This document shows positions 52,191 through 64,000 of a DNA stretch of 64,000 bases, piece after piece. The notes below the pieces were generated by a model. That model saw nothing but the letters and a program-made list of their open reading frames with translations, did not search any database and had not been told where the DNA came from. The position numbers and the translations under genes are program-made. Origin of the DNA: Camelus dromedarius (taxonomy: Eukaryota); the NCBI RefSeq assembly GCF_036321535.1, contig NC_087436.1:41046001-41110000 (forward strand), in the 5' to 3' direction. How positions within the stretch are numbered: position 1 is the first letter of the stretch; the number at the start of each line of letters is the position of its first letter.

Positions 52191-53782
52191 GGATTTTTAA
52201 AATAAATATTGGACCAGTGACATTTTCCCACTATGATTTACAAAAGTGTTAGGCTGTGCATATTCAAAAAAATATTTCTGCAACTGCAGATAGCATTATC
52301 CTCTCCCTTGTGTATTAATATGCACTTTCTAATTTTGCTTTTTTTGTTCATTCACAGTCTTCTTAGCTCTCTAATCATCAGAACTTTTGAAATCTGATTA
52401 GTTTTATCTCAAATGCATAAACTGTGTAATTATTATTTTCCCTTGATTTCAGAGTTCATCACTCTGAAGCTCCATCTAAATTCAGTCATCCACAGTGGAG
52501 CCAAATGCATGCATGGAAGATTTTATGGTGTTTCTCTTACATGTAATTCAAGTGGTCAATGCATAACTAATCATAAATAAAGAGAAAGCCAACAAAATTA
52601 TTTTTAATGATATTATAAAATCAAATACAAAGTTATATTACAAATGATATCCCAGATTTTCTGAAATTTTAAGTTAATTATCATCACCAAGGTAGCAGTT
52701 ATTGTATATTTTCTCTAGACTTTGGCCTTTGGTTCACTTTTGCCTTTACAATATAAGGTTAGTATATGCCTCAAGCTTAGGAAAATTATTTGGTAATTTA
52801 TTCATGGCCAGTTTCTTTTATGGGCCTCCTTCTTTCTCACTTCTCCATATTTCATACATCTCACTATTTGTTTCCATGCAGTAGAAATTTCCCTGAACAC
52901 ACTCTTGAGTTCTTCCCTCTCCTCATTCACTCTGTCTTGTGGATAAAATGAATGGCCTATCAGATAAGTAAGTTTTATTGCAGTCAAGTTGACATGCATT
53001 AGTTTAGCTCCATTTAATCTCTTTGAACTTCCTCTGGGGATTAAATCCTCCTTAGAATTTAATAATAGACTTAATCTGTATCTACTTCCCATGTAGAAAG
53101 GCCCATAGGAGTCTCAGTGCTGTCTGCAACTAGGTGCTTAGCCTGATATTTAGAGAGTAGGTCCATAAGGACCACCAGTCAAGTCACATCATCCAATATA
53201 TCCTTGCCAGGATTACAGGTGATATTCTGATCTTCATTTTTATTCTGTGTTTCATTATGTAAATTTTAAAATATCTGACCATAAAAAAGAATCTATGTAT
53301 TAGGGGCCTTCTTGATGACCCTCAGAATTATTTTTGTTTTGTTTTGCTTTTCATTTTCCAATTTCGTATTAAGATTTGTGCCTATTTTTACAACATTTTG
53401 ACATATTCTTATATATATCTGGAGCTGATCTTATTTTTTTAGAATCTGACAGTAAACAAGACAAGGTCCTTTACTTAAAATAAATTAAGTTTAAGATGTA
53501 CAAATTTTTTTTTTAATTTTTCTATTCAGTTCCTATGATAGGGATATTTACAAAGTACAAAAAATAGAAGCAGAGAGCAATACAGTTAAGAAGTAAATAT
53601 AGCTTTGCTAAAATGTGGAGGGACTTTTTTTTTTCAAACATGTTTTAATATTCAACATTGGTTTAAAATCACGTCCAGAAGAATGTGCCTTGATCCACAA
53701 TAAATAAAGAAGCATCAATGTTATATGAGGAAGGGAAGTATGCAAGTTTATGTATAAAACTAGAGACTGGCAGGAATAATTT

Positions 53783-53818
53783 AATTGATCACAGGAATTG
53801 AATTGATCACAGGAATTG
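53783..53818. repeat. Perfect 18-bp tandem duplication
   Basis: AATTGATCACAGGAATTG x2. Confidence 0.95.
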
Positions 53819-54369
53819 TAAGATAGTGTATCTAAAATATACAAAAGTTATTCTATCTTCTCCACAGCTCTGAGTATAGCAACTGTCTTTACATAATATG
53901 ACTTTTCTTTAAACCAGAAAGTTCTCTGCCCTGATTATTCCATAGTAATAAATCAACAAAGTTTTGTGTTCCTATTAAGATGCCCTCTCTCTGAAGAAAT
54001 CCAGATGGTAGTGTCCTTCTTTTGAGCTAGAAGCAAAGAATCCAGTTTCTTGGAATGCTTATATGACCTGGTTTTTATTTTCCTATTATAGTATAATATA
54101 CTCAGTATACTCTGCATTTGTGGTGTAGACATTTGGATGGTAAAATGTATTTATATAATATACACCCACACATCACATATTAAAACAGTATGGAATTATG
54201 AGCTGTTAGTAGACATCATTTAATAGTCATTGTGAAAGAATTATTTTCACACAAGTGTCTGAATGTTTAATACAGCTGAGACATGTATTTCAGTTAAGAA
54301 GAATCCTGGCAGAGAGTACTTCTAAAGTCGAGTTTTTTTGTTTTTTGTTTTTAGCAACAATTAAGGCTA

Positions 54370-55560
54370 TAAGAAAAATGGAATTTTATCTAATATACCA
54401 TTCACAAAAAATCAATTCAAGACAGATAACTAATATTTTTGTAAATGATCTATTTTAAGAAAACCTATAAAAATATTGTAATCTTGTCATGATATTGAAG
54501 AAGGAAAATATAAGGATAAAGAAGGCCAAATTTTAAACTACAACTCAAAAAATATTGATGATTTCTTTTCATCAAAGTATAACTTAAATTACTGGAAGGA
54601 CAAACCACACCTAGGAGAGATATTGACAATATTTACAAGGCAAATTATTTCCATGCAAAATACATAAACAACTTCAAGGATCAATAAAAAGCAGCACCAC
54701 ATTCGGAAAATGAGCAGAACAACATTAGCAGACATTACACAGAAGAGGAAACAAATATGATCAGTAATGCATGGGAAATTGTTTAACCTCATTTGTAATT
54801 AAGGAACTGCAAGTTAAAAGACATAACTAATGTTTCACACCCAACAGCTGGCAGAAAAATATAAAGTTTGCAACAAAAAGGTTTCATCAGTATGCTCTTG
54901 AGAGGAAAGTTGCACTTTAGAAAATATTTTTGCATTAACTATTGAATTTGAAGGTATGTGTAGTCTTTGACCTATTCCCCAGAACATACCTGTGAAAAGC
55001 TCTTTCCCATGTGTCTCAGGATAAATGTTCAAGAATATTCAAAGCATCATTTTCTGTAATGAAAAATGAAAGATTATAACCCATTGTCATTTAGCAGTGT
55101 AATACGTAAATACACTGTGGTATATTCATATAGTGGATTACTTTATAGACATAACTGCAATGAGATAAGTCTTTAATTGCAATATTGATTTTATACTGAC
55201 AATTGTACTGATTTCATAATCATGGAAATAAATTTTTAAAAATGTGTCTTTATATCCTATATAATGTTATTTATATAGAGTTTTAAAATAGGCACAAATA
55301 AATAGTACAACTATAAAAATTAACAACATGTATCAGTAATTTCAGGTTATTGATTTCCTGAGGGTGAAAAGAACATTATACAAAATTAAAAGGCACACAT
55401 TAAGGGATCAAGGTACTGATAATTTTCAGAAATTTGGTAGTGGATATACAGATATTGCTTAATTATTATTGCTAAAACTGTACAAACTATCATGTATTTT
55501 GTAGGTACAATATATATACACAACCTTAATGAAATTCTTGAAATAATACGGAATTTTATA
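54370..55560 (+). mobile_element. Old L1 (L1ME-like) ORF2 end + 3' UTR
   Basis: TACCATTCACAAAAAATCAATTCAAGA...ACAGAAGAGGAAACAAATATG...ACTGTGGTATATTCATATAGTGGA. Confidence 0.75.
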
Positions 55561-57004
55561 AAATTTTCACCACTGCATGTCACATTAGATGTTGTAGTGA
55601 GTCATCTGTGGTTATTCTTGAGAGATTTCTATTGACTATTAATCAATAGTTTTAAACTGTAGTAGATGGATTATCTAAGGTCCAAATCTTTCTGTGATAT
55701 ATGTGTTATAAAATTCATTTTACACTTTATTTCTATCTCTTAGAAAGTTTCCTAATGGCTTTAAGGGATGGGAAAATGCTGACTCTTTTGGTTTATATTT
55801 ATATATGAAAGAAAACAAGTTAGTGATATTGGTAATCTTAGCTGTTGCTTACTAAAAATGAAGTTGCATCCGATACTACTTTGACATCAAATTGTAAGGT
55901 TGACTTTTTCGTAAGGCAATGATACAATGATGTGTAATTAAGAAAAAGGAAATGTTCCTGATCAAAATATGTAATAAATATTTATAACTGGATTTCCATC
56001 TTTACTTTTACCAAGACACACTGAATCGCAAAGCCTACTCTGAGTATGTACGAGGTTATATTTGTCATATCATTTTACATCACACTATTTTATTTCCCAG
56101 TGTTACTATAACCATAGGCATCATAGACAGGAGATATTCTCTAAAGGAATTATATGCAGCTACGTGTACAAATGTAAAAATCCAAGCAAAACTGTACATA
56201 AATATTAATCAAGGCAAAGGAGAAACATTAAGATTTAGATGGAGTTTTGAAAGGTATCATATCCATTATCTACTTTAATTTTAATTAAATAAATTTATGT
56301 TGGATGAACTTTGAAAAAAAGCTATTTGATAGACTAATTTCAGGGAAAGTTAGTACAATAAAGTTTAAAGGGTCACATAGGGGCTTGGACTGAAATCCAG
56401 AACAAGCTTCCTACAAATCTGAGTGAGCCAGCTCTAAGAAAAGTGGTTATAGCCTGAAAAGTCCACAGGCCTCCCAGAAGGAAGTGATCAAACAGTTCTG
56501 TGGTGCTCCACAATCACTGGATAAATCTAACTGAGAGTTACCATATTTTTGAAAAATAAATGTGGAAGAGCAGAGAAATGACAAAACTATAGTAAGAAAG
56601 AGACCTAGGGCAAATAAAAAAGTGAAAATGAATAAATGACAAGAGACAATGTCAAAACAACACAACAGCAAGAGGACAGGGAAAATAAGAAAGAACGTTA
56701 TTTAGGGACTTGAACATATTTTTTAATAATCACTTAATTCATAACTGAATATATCTTAGTCCATGGCTAGGGTAGAATATCAAGGATAGACAGGTCTCTC
56801 AGAAAATTATTTTTTAAAGTCTAATTTTTTTTTCTAAAATATTTTATGATTTAGCCTTATACAAATATTTTTAAGCTTAAATAATCAACTGTGCTTAGGA
56901 GCTAGAAAACCCTATATTAATGAAAATATAAGAGAAGTTTTTAATCAGTTTGTTAGAAAAAGCCTAAGAGCAAGTGCATGCAATAGAAAGAAACATTAGT
57001 TAAA

Positions 57005-57190
57005 ATTCTAGTGAGGACTTTCTAGCTGTGTACCTAGGGCAAGTCATTTTAACTTAGTCCATTTTAGATAGTTCATCTTAAAAGTATCTACTACAACTAT
57101 TTGGAGGATTAAAAGATATAAACAAAAATTACATTTTTAACTACACAGCATGTTTCATAGCATGTAGGAGGTTTTCCTTAAAGGTCTATT
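57005..57190 (+). mobile_element. MIR SINE relic
   Basis: CTAGCTGTGTACCTAGGGCAAGTCATTTTAAC...GAGGATTAAA. Confidence 0.65.
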
Positions 57191-57354
57191 TCTCAATTAC
57201 TTTTCTATCTGTATCATCAAAATAAAAATATGAAACAAGTTTCACTCAACAAGTATATATACTGAAATCAAGAATGCAAATATTTGGAAAGATTTTTAGA
57301 CACTATTATCTAAAAAAAGAAAATTATCTCTATTCCACTTAACAGTATATGCAG

Positions 57355-60300
57355 ATTGCATGCCTGACACAGCTGGGCTTGCTGGGTGCCCCACCTGAGT
57401 GCCACAGCCATGGCCCTGCATACCATAGCCATGGCCCACTCCACCATAGCTAGGCTGGCTGAGCAGCCTGCACCCATGCTCTTCAGCTGTGACTTGCCCA
57501 ACATAGCTGATGTAGACAACACAGGTGATGCCCCTTGAGTACCTGAGTCTGGGGGACAGTGGGGATTGTGTTTCTGGGCCTCACAGATCTGAAAAGATTG
57601 ATGAGACCATCTTGGCAGGCTACCACCCCGGGGCACTGCACAAACAGACGATAGACACACATACTCAGGCTTCATGTGAAAAAGGCCCATTTCCTTGTCC
57701 TGGAGCTTCAGGCTGAGGGGCAGGCTTCTGGTTGACCCCATATCAACAGGCTGCAGAGGCTCTCCCAGGGAATGCAGGCAGGGAAATACATATTAGTGCT
57801 CTCCTTTGGCCTCACCACAGCTCACTAATACTTCTCAGAAAGGAGCTTATACATATGTCAAAAGTGATGATTTTTAAAACTATCATCCAGGGGATGCCTC
57901 CAGATCTTCTGCTCTGAAAGTCAGCAGGGTTTACAATTGCAATCCCATAAGACCATATATATTTGAATACATTAAAAACTGCTACCTGAGAATCTGGCTT
58001 ACAAATAGCCTCAAACTAGGCACTGTCTTAGGTGTGTCCCTCTGGAACACTATCAGGTCTTGGCACACCCTCAACAACTAGAAATTAACAAGAACAAATG
58101 AGACTGCTTAGACAAACACAAAGGTCTGAAAGACAACCAGGAGCTGGGGCAAGATTAAATGATTAAGTTCATTTTCTACACAAAACCACTTCTTCAAGAC
58201 TGGGAGAGGCAGCTGTTTCACATAATACATAAAAACAAATAGAGGGACAAGCAGAATGAGATTCTGGAATATGTTTCAAACAAAGGAACAAAACACATCC
58301 TCAGGAAAACATCTTAATAAAGCATAGAGAGGCAATCTATCAGATAAAGAATTAAAGGTAATAATCATAAAGATGTTCATTGAACTAGGGAAAGAGTAAA
58401 GGAACATAGTGAGAATGTCTAAAAGAGTTACATAACATAAGAAAGTATTGAACAGATGTCCCAGAGCTGAAGAACAAAATAGTTGAACAGAAAATGTACT
58501 AGAAAGCTTCCATGACTGACTAGATGAAGTAGAAGAACAGATCAGTGATCTGGACACAGGAAAGTGGAAATCACCCAAACAGAGCAACAAAAAGAAAAAA
58601 AGAAATAAAGATAAGTTAATGGACCAATGGCATCACACCAAGTGGAATAACTTTTACATTTCAGGGCTCCAAAAGAAGAAGAGAGAAAGAGGCAGAAATT
58701 TTATTTGAAGAAGTAATAGCTGAAAACTTCATTAACCTGAAGAAGGAAACAGACATTCAGCATGAGACTTTCAAAAAAGATGAACAAAAAGAGATCTAAA
58801 ACTAAGATATATAATAATTAAAATGTCAGAAGTTATAGATAGAAAATCTTAAAAGCAGCAAGAAGAAAACAACTTGTCACAGACAATGGAATCTCCAGAA
58901 AACTATAAGCTAGTATTTCAGCTGAAACTTTGCAAGCCAGAAGGGAGTAGCATAGTATAGTAAAAAATGCAGAAAGGAAAATCAACCAAACAAAGAAAAC
59001 CTCTAACCAAGAAAACTCTAACCTTCAAGGTTATCATTCTCAACTGAAGGAGAGAAAGAGTTTTCAGACAAGCAAAAGCTAAAATTCATCAAGACTAAAC
59101 TGGCCTTATAGGAAATGTTAAAGAGTCCTCTCTTTAGTTGAAAAGGAAAGGGACTAACTAGTAACAAGAAAACATATGAAAGTAAAAATCTCACTGGTAA
59201 AGGCAAACATACAGTAACAGTAGTGGATTACCCACTTATAAAACTAAGATAGAGGTTGACAGACAAAACTTGTAAAATTATCAATAATAATTTGTTAAGG
59301 GACACACAGAATTAAACAGCGTAAAATATGACACCAGAAATAGAATACAAAGAGAAAATAAAAATGTGGAGTTTTTAGAATTCATTCGACTTAAGTTGCT
59401 ATCAACTTAAAATAGACTTATATGTATATGCATGCATATATATGCATATGTATGAGTATATATCATGTTATATGTGAACTCGTTGTAACCACAATTCAAA
59501 AATCTATAGTAGACACACAAAAAACCATGAGAATAGTCAACAAAATGGCAATAAGTACATGCCTACCGGTAATAACTGCAAATATAAATGGATTAATTTT
59601 TCTAATCAAAAGACATAGAGTGGCTAAATGAATTTTTAAAAATACCCATCTATATGTTTCCTGCATGAAATTCACTTGTATCTAAAGATATACATAGACT
59701 AAAAGTAAGAGGATGGAAAAAAATTAAATATAAATGACAATACAAAATCTGGAGCAGTTACACTTATATCAGACAAAATAAACTTCAAAACATAGAATGT
59801 AAAAAAAAAAAAAAATACACACACAAAGAAGGACATTGCATGATGAAAAAGGGGTTAAATCAGACAAGAGGATATACCATGTCTAAATATTTGTGGATTC
59901 ATCATAGAAGCACCTAAATATATAAAGCAAATGTTAAAAGACCTAAAGAAAGAAAATGACAACAATAAAATAATAGTTTGGGACTTTGGTATCCCACTTG
60001 GATCAATGGAAAATCAGACTTAAAGGACACATTTATATCGGTGGGACTTAATAGACATAGAAAATTTCATCAAAAAGCAGCTGAATACATATTCTTTCTA
60101 AGTTCACACGGAATGTTCTCCAATATAAATCATATGTTAGGTCACAGAATATGTTTTGATAAACTTTAGGAGACTGAAAACACATCAAGCATCTTTTCTG
60201 ACCAAAATGGTATGAAACTAGAGATCAAGTACAGGATAAAACCAGGACAAAATCACAAATATGTGAAGATTAAATAACATGCTACTGAACAACCAAATAG

Positions 60301-60605
60301 TCAATGAAGAAATCAAAGGAGAAATTTTAAAAAATACCTGGGACAAATGAAAATGGAAATACAGCAGTTTAAAATCTATAGGATATAGCAAAAAGTGTTC
60401 AAGTGTGAAGTTTATACAGATACAGTCCTCCCTCAAGAAACAAGAAAAATCCCAAATAAACAATCTAACTCTCCACCTAAAGAAACTAGGAAAAAAGGAA
60501 AAATGAAGCCCCAGGTTAGTAGAAGGAAAAAAAACAGCAAAGAGCAGCGTAGGAATAAATATAAAGTATAAAAAGACAATACAAAAAGATGAATGATACT
60601 AAAAA
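57355..60605 (+). mobile_element. L1 5' half: 5' UTR, decayed ORF1 (~58256-59140), ORF2 endonuclease (from ATG 59545), 3'-truncated
   Basis: ORF1-like NMFQTKEQ and DKELKVIIIKMF; ORF2 MAISTCLPVITANINGL..IKRHRVAK, AAEYIFFLSSHGMFSNINHMLGH. Confidence 0.9.
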
Positions 60606-62559
60606 CCATCTAGATATAAACACTGCCAAAAAATTGTTGAACATATTAAAGAAATTTAGCACCTTAAAGTTGGAAAACAATTCATATTGCTTATTTCCTA
60701 ACCATTCTATTATCATTTTTCCATATCCCAGAACATTGTTCATTATATTGGAAAAAAAATTTAGTTGTCTTGTGTAAAAAACCTAATATTAGACTGAAAG
60801 AAGGACCCTAAGCACAGAATAAGAGGATGAAAAAAAAAATCTTGAGAAGCCTGGAAACATCACCATTGTTTATTTTACTTAAGTTAACTAATAAAAAAGA
60901 ATTAACTGCATTTTCTTTACATTTGAAATTTTGCTTTAAATCCAATTCTAGGTATTTTGTTGTTTTTATACACTAGCATTTCATCTCTCTTCAAGGCCAA
61001 AAGAAAAAATAAAATAGCACTATGAATGAAAAAGTAGGTGCAGTATTTGAATGACAGGAAGTGTCTGTTATAAGAAAGAAGATGCGTTTTCAATACCAAA
61101 TGACTTGCTCAGTCCATTTTTTCATGTAAGCAAAGGTAGAAATTTAAATCCATAAAGAGCATCTGGAGTCAAGAGACACAGTATACAGCTTTCACAGTGA
61201 GTAGCTAAATTCTTTTTCAGTGTTTTTTGAGGTGTTTTTTTTTTTTTTTTAAAGCAGTTTTGATTTTTCTCAGAGAGATTTTCCAATACTATGGTTTAGT
61301 ATCCTTTTATAACTGTTAGGAAATAAATATAAATCTTTTTTTAAGTTAGAAAAAATAAAGAAGTAACATATTTTACAGCAGCATAGGTTAAGTAACAGAT
61401 TGATATTCTGCAGAATATTGCTTCTTGCTGGTTTTTATTTTTAATACTTTAAAGGAAAGTGAAAATATTCCATGTATAGTAATGCGTAAATATATTTGGA
61501 AGGAAAACATTCTGATTACTGTAACTACATCCTTGAATATGTATAATGGATCTTTTAATAATTGACATGCATCAAATTGAACAATGTTGTACACCTTAAC
61601 TTTAGACTTGATTTATTCATTCCTAGTATTTCTAAAAAGCACACAGAGGATGAACAGACAATTTATGAAGTAAACAGTATAAATCTTAGCAAGGTTCTAT
61701 CTCATTTTACTAAGTAAATATCTGGCAATATGATGTCAAAATAAAAAAATGAATTATGAGATAGACCTGTGCTGAAAGATTGATTTCAGCATTTTCTTGT
61801 GCTATTACCCAACAAGACCCTTTATATCTTTAAATACCAATCTGTTCATTTGTAATATAATGATGATACTGTATTTTCTCAACTCAAATCTACGTATTTC
61901 TTTACATCTTTGACATTAGATTACTTAGCTCTCCCACATAACTTCCTCACTGACAGGCAGAGGATAAAGTGGGAATTTATTGCTTTTGTTTAGGTGAACT
62001 AGCCAAACATCAGAGGCATCTGCTTGTTTTATTGCTAATTCAGTTGATGTATTTGCTTCCATTGCTATAAAAATTTTCAATGTCTTAGTAGAGGTCAGAG
62101 CTAGGAAAGATGTGAGAATGATTTTGAAAGACTGTTAATGAGGTGCTGAATATCTGTCAAAATACAAGTTGGCCTTCAAGAGAAGTTAATTATCAGCAAT
62201 ATGTAACTAAATAAAAGAGACAGAAAATTAAAATCTTAAATGACAGAGTATGTTCAATAGGAAATTTATATAAGCCACACATATTCTCCAACATGCTTTG
62301 TGACTATCTTGTTAATTCTAATATTTCCATGTTAGAAGTTACCAGGAGTCTCTAACAGGAAAACAAACAAAACAAACAACAACAACAAAAACTTGCATTA
62401 CTGTGAACAGTCTTTCTGGCTAATGAAGGCTACAGCGACCTCAGCAGGATAGTAATCTCACTGAAGAATGCATAAAATTAAACTTTGATGCTGAATATGA
62501 AAATGAATATGTGGATATTTTATCTTATTATTATTTAAATGGCATTTTAAAATCCACTT

Positions 62560-64000
62560 TATGAAGGCATAATTTAAAGAGTAACATTTTTAAGTCTACA
62601 ATTAGATAAATATTGAAAAATGTTACAGGTGTGTGACTGTATATTAAATCAAATATAAGTAATCCCAAACTTGTCTATCCATCTAACCATTGATAGATAC
62701 TTTGGTTGTTTCCAGTTTTTTTAACACTTGAGATACACTTTACATACCACAGAATGCACCCATTTCAGTGACTTTTGGTCTTCTGGTATATTTACAGAAT
62801 TGTTTAACCATCACCACGAACAATTTAAAACATTTCATTACCTCCAAAAGAAATACCTCATTTCTGTAATTGCCTCCAACCCATCTTCTAGCTCACTCAT
62901 GTTTCAGCAACCAGCAATCTACTTTCTAGCTCTATAGATTTGCCTATTTTTCACATTTTATATAAATGAAATCATGCAGTATGTACTCATGTGACTGGCT
63001 TCTTTCACTTAGTAGAATTGACAAGATTCAACCATGTGGTAGCATATATCAGTACTTTATTCCTTTTTGTTTCCAAGTATACAGATCACATTTTATTTAT
63101 CCATTTATCAGTTAATGGACATTAGGGTGGTTTCCACTTACTGGCTTTTATGAAAAATACTGCTATAAATATTCATTTATAAATTTTGTTTGTAGACACG
63201 TTTTCACTTCTCTTGGATATATGTCATATAGTATTTCTATACTTATCTTTGTTTTCAGTTTATTTGTTTTGTCTTTATAAACAGAGGTTCTAAGAACATT
63301 CAATTAATAGTCCTTTTTTTAGATATAGTTTTTGTTTGTAAATTTCAGAAGTAGAATTTTTGGATTGCATGAAGTTTTTGTTCACCATTTTAAGAAACTG
63401 ACAAACTGTTGTTCAAAATAAATGCAACATTCTGTATTCATACCATGAATAGTTCCAGATGATTTTCATTCTTTTCATCATTAGGTAATTTAAGCTTTTT
63501 GAAAATTTAGACAATAGAGTGAATGTGTAGCAATATCTAGTGTAGTTTTACTTCGTGTTTCTTAAATGATTAATGATATTGAGTATCTTTTCATGTCCCA
63601 TTGGTACTATTAAATTTTGTATTTCTTCTTTAGTAAAGAAACTGTTCAAATTCATTGGTCATTTTTTATTGAATTGTTTTCTTACTGATGATATTTAGAA
63701 TTCATTACATATTCTGGATAAAGAATTGAGTCAGAGATATGTTTTACAATATTTTCTCTGTGAATTGCATTTTCATCTTTTTAACTGTGGCTTTTGAATA
63801 GCAAACTTTAAACATTTTTGATAAAGTCAAATTTCTCATTTTTTTATACATTCAATTTCTTGTGTTTTAAGAATTCTCTGCCTAGCCCAAGAACACAAAA
63901 ATGTCACCAGGTCTTATAAAAAATTCGAAGTTTTACCTCTTACATTGAGATTAATATTGAAGTTAATATTCATATGTTTTTGAAGTGAATTTGGACATTC
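62560..64000 (-). mobile_element. Nested old L1 fragments (L1MB-like 3' UTR at ~62725-63220 within an older L1)
   Basis: Antisense 3' UTR (ACCATCACCAC...CTATAGATTTGCCTATTT...GACTGGCTTCTTTCACTTAG) and antisense ORF2 C-terminus running to the window end. Confidence 0.8.

Noticed and set aside
57310..57917. 143-aa ORF and neighbours
   Set aside because: They fall in an L1 5' UTR; no evidence of function.
1..64000. CRISPR arrays, tRNA/rRNA genes, prokaryotic operons or defence systems
   Set aside because: The sequence is mammalian and repeat-rich; no regularly spaced repeat-spacer array or structured RNA gene was recognised.

Overview
AT-rich, repeat-dense mammalian nuclear DNA, either intergenic or deep intronic. 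It is most likely camelid, judged from my recollection of the young L1 3' ends at 61-257 and 18536-18643; no Alu, B1, BovB, PRE or SINEC SINEs are seen. No intact protein-coding gene, RNA gene or CRISPR array is supported, and the listed ORFs are chance ORFs or decayed transposon frames. Main content: (i) the 3' half of a decayed class III (ERVL/ERVS-like) provirus that has an integrase, a gamma-type env and a 3' LTR (about 430-3935); (ii) a fossil autonomous pogo/Tigger transposase spread over about 8535-12350 and split by nested insertions, one a ~1.85 kb segment that may be a retroposed transcript; (iii) many L1s of different ages, several with unusual structure (tailless with TSD, 5'-inverted, internally deleted with both ends, 3'-truncated); (iv) solo ERV1, ERVL and MaLR LTRs, L2 and MIR relics; (v) an unexplained ~70-120 bp dispersed duplication near 51.6 kb and 52.7 kb. 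Subfamily names are recalled, not searched. I found no convincing novel functional system; the notable items are transposon and retrovirus fossils.
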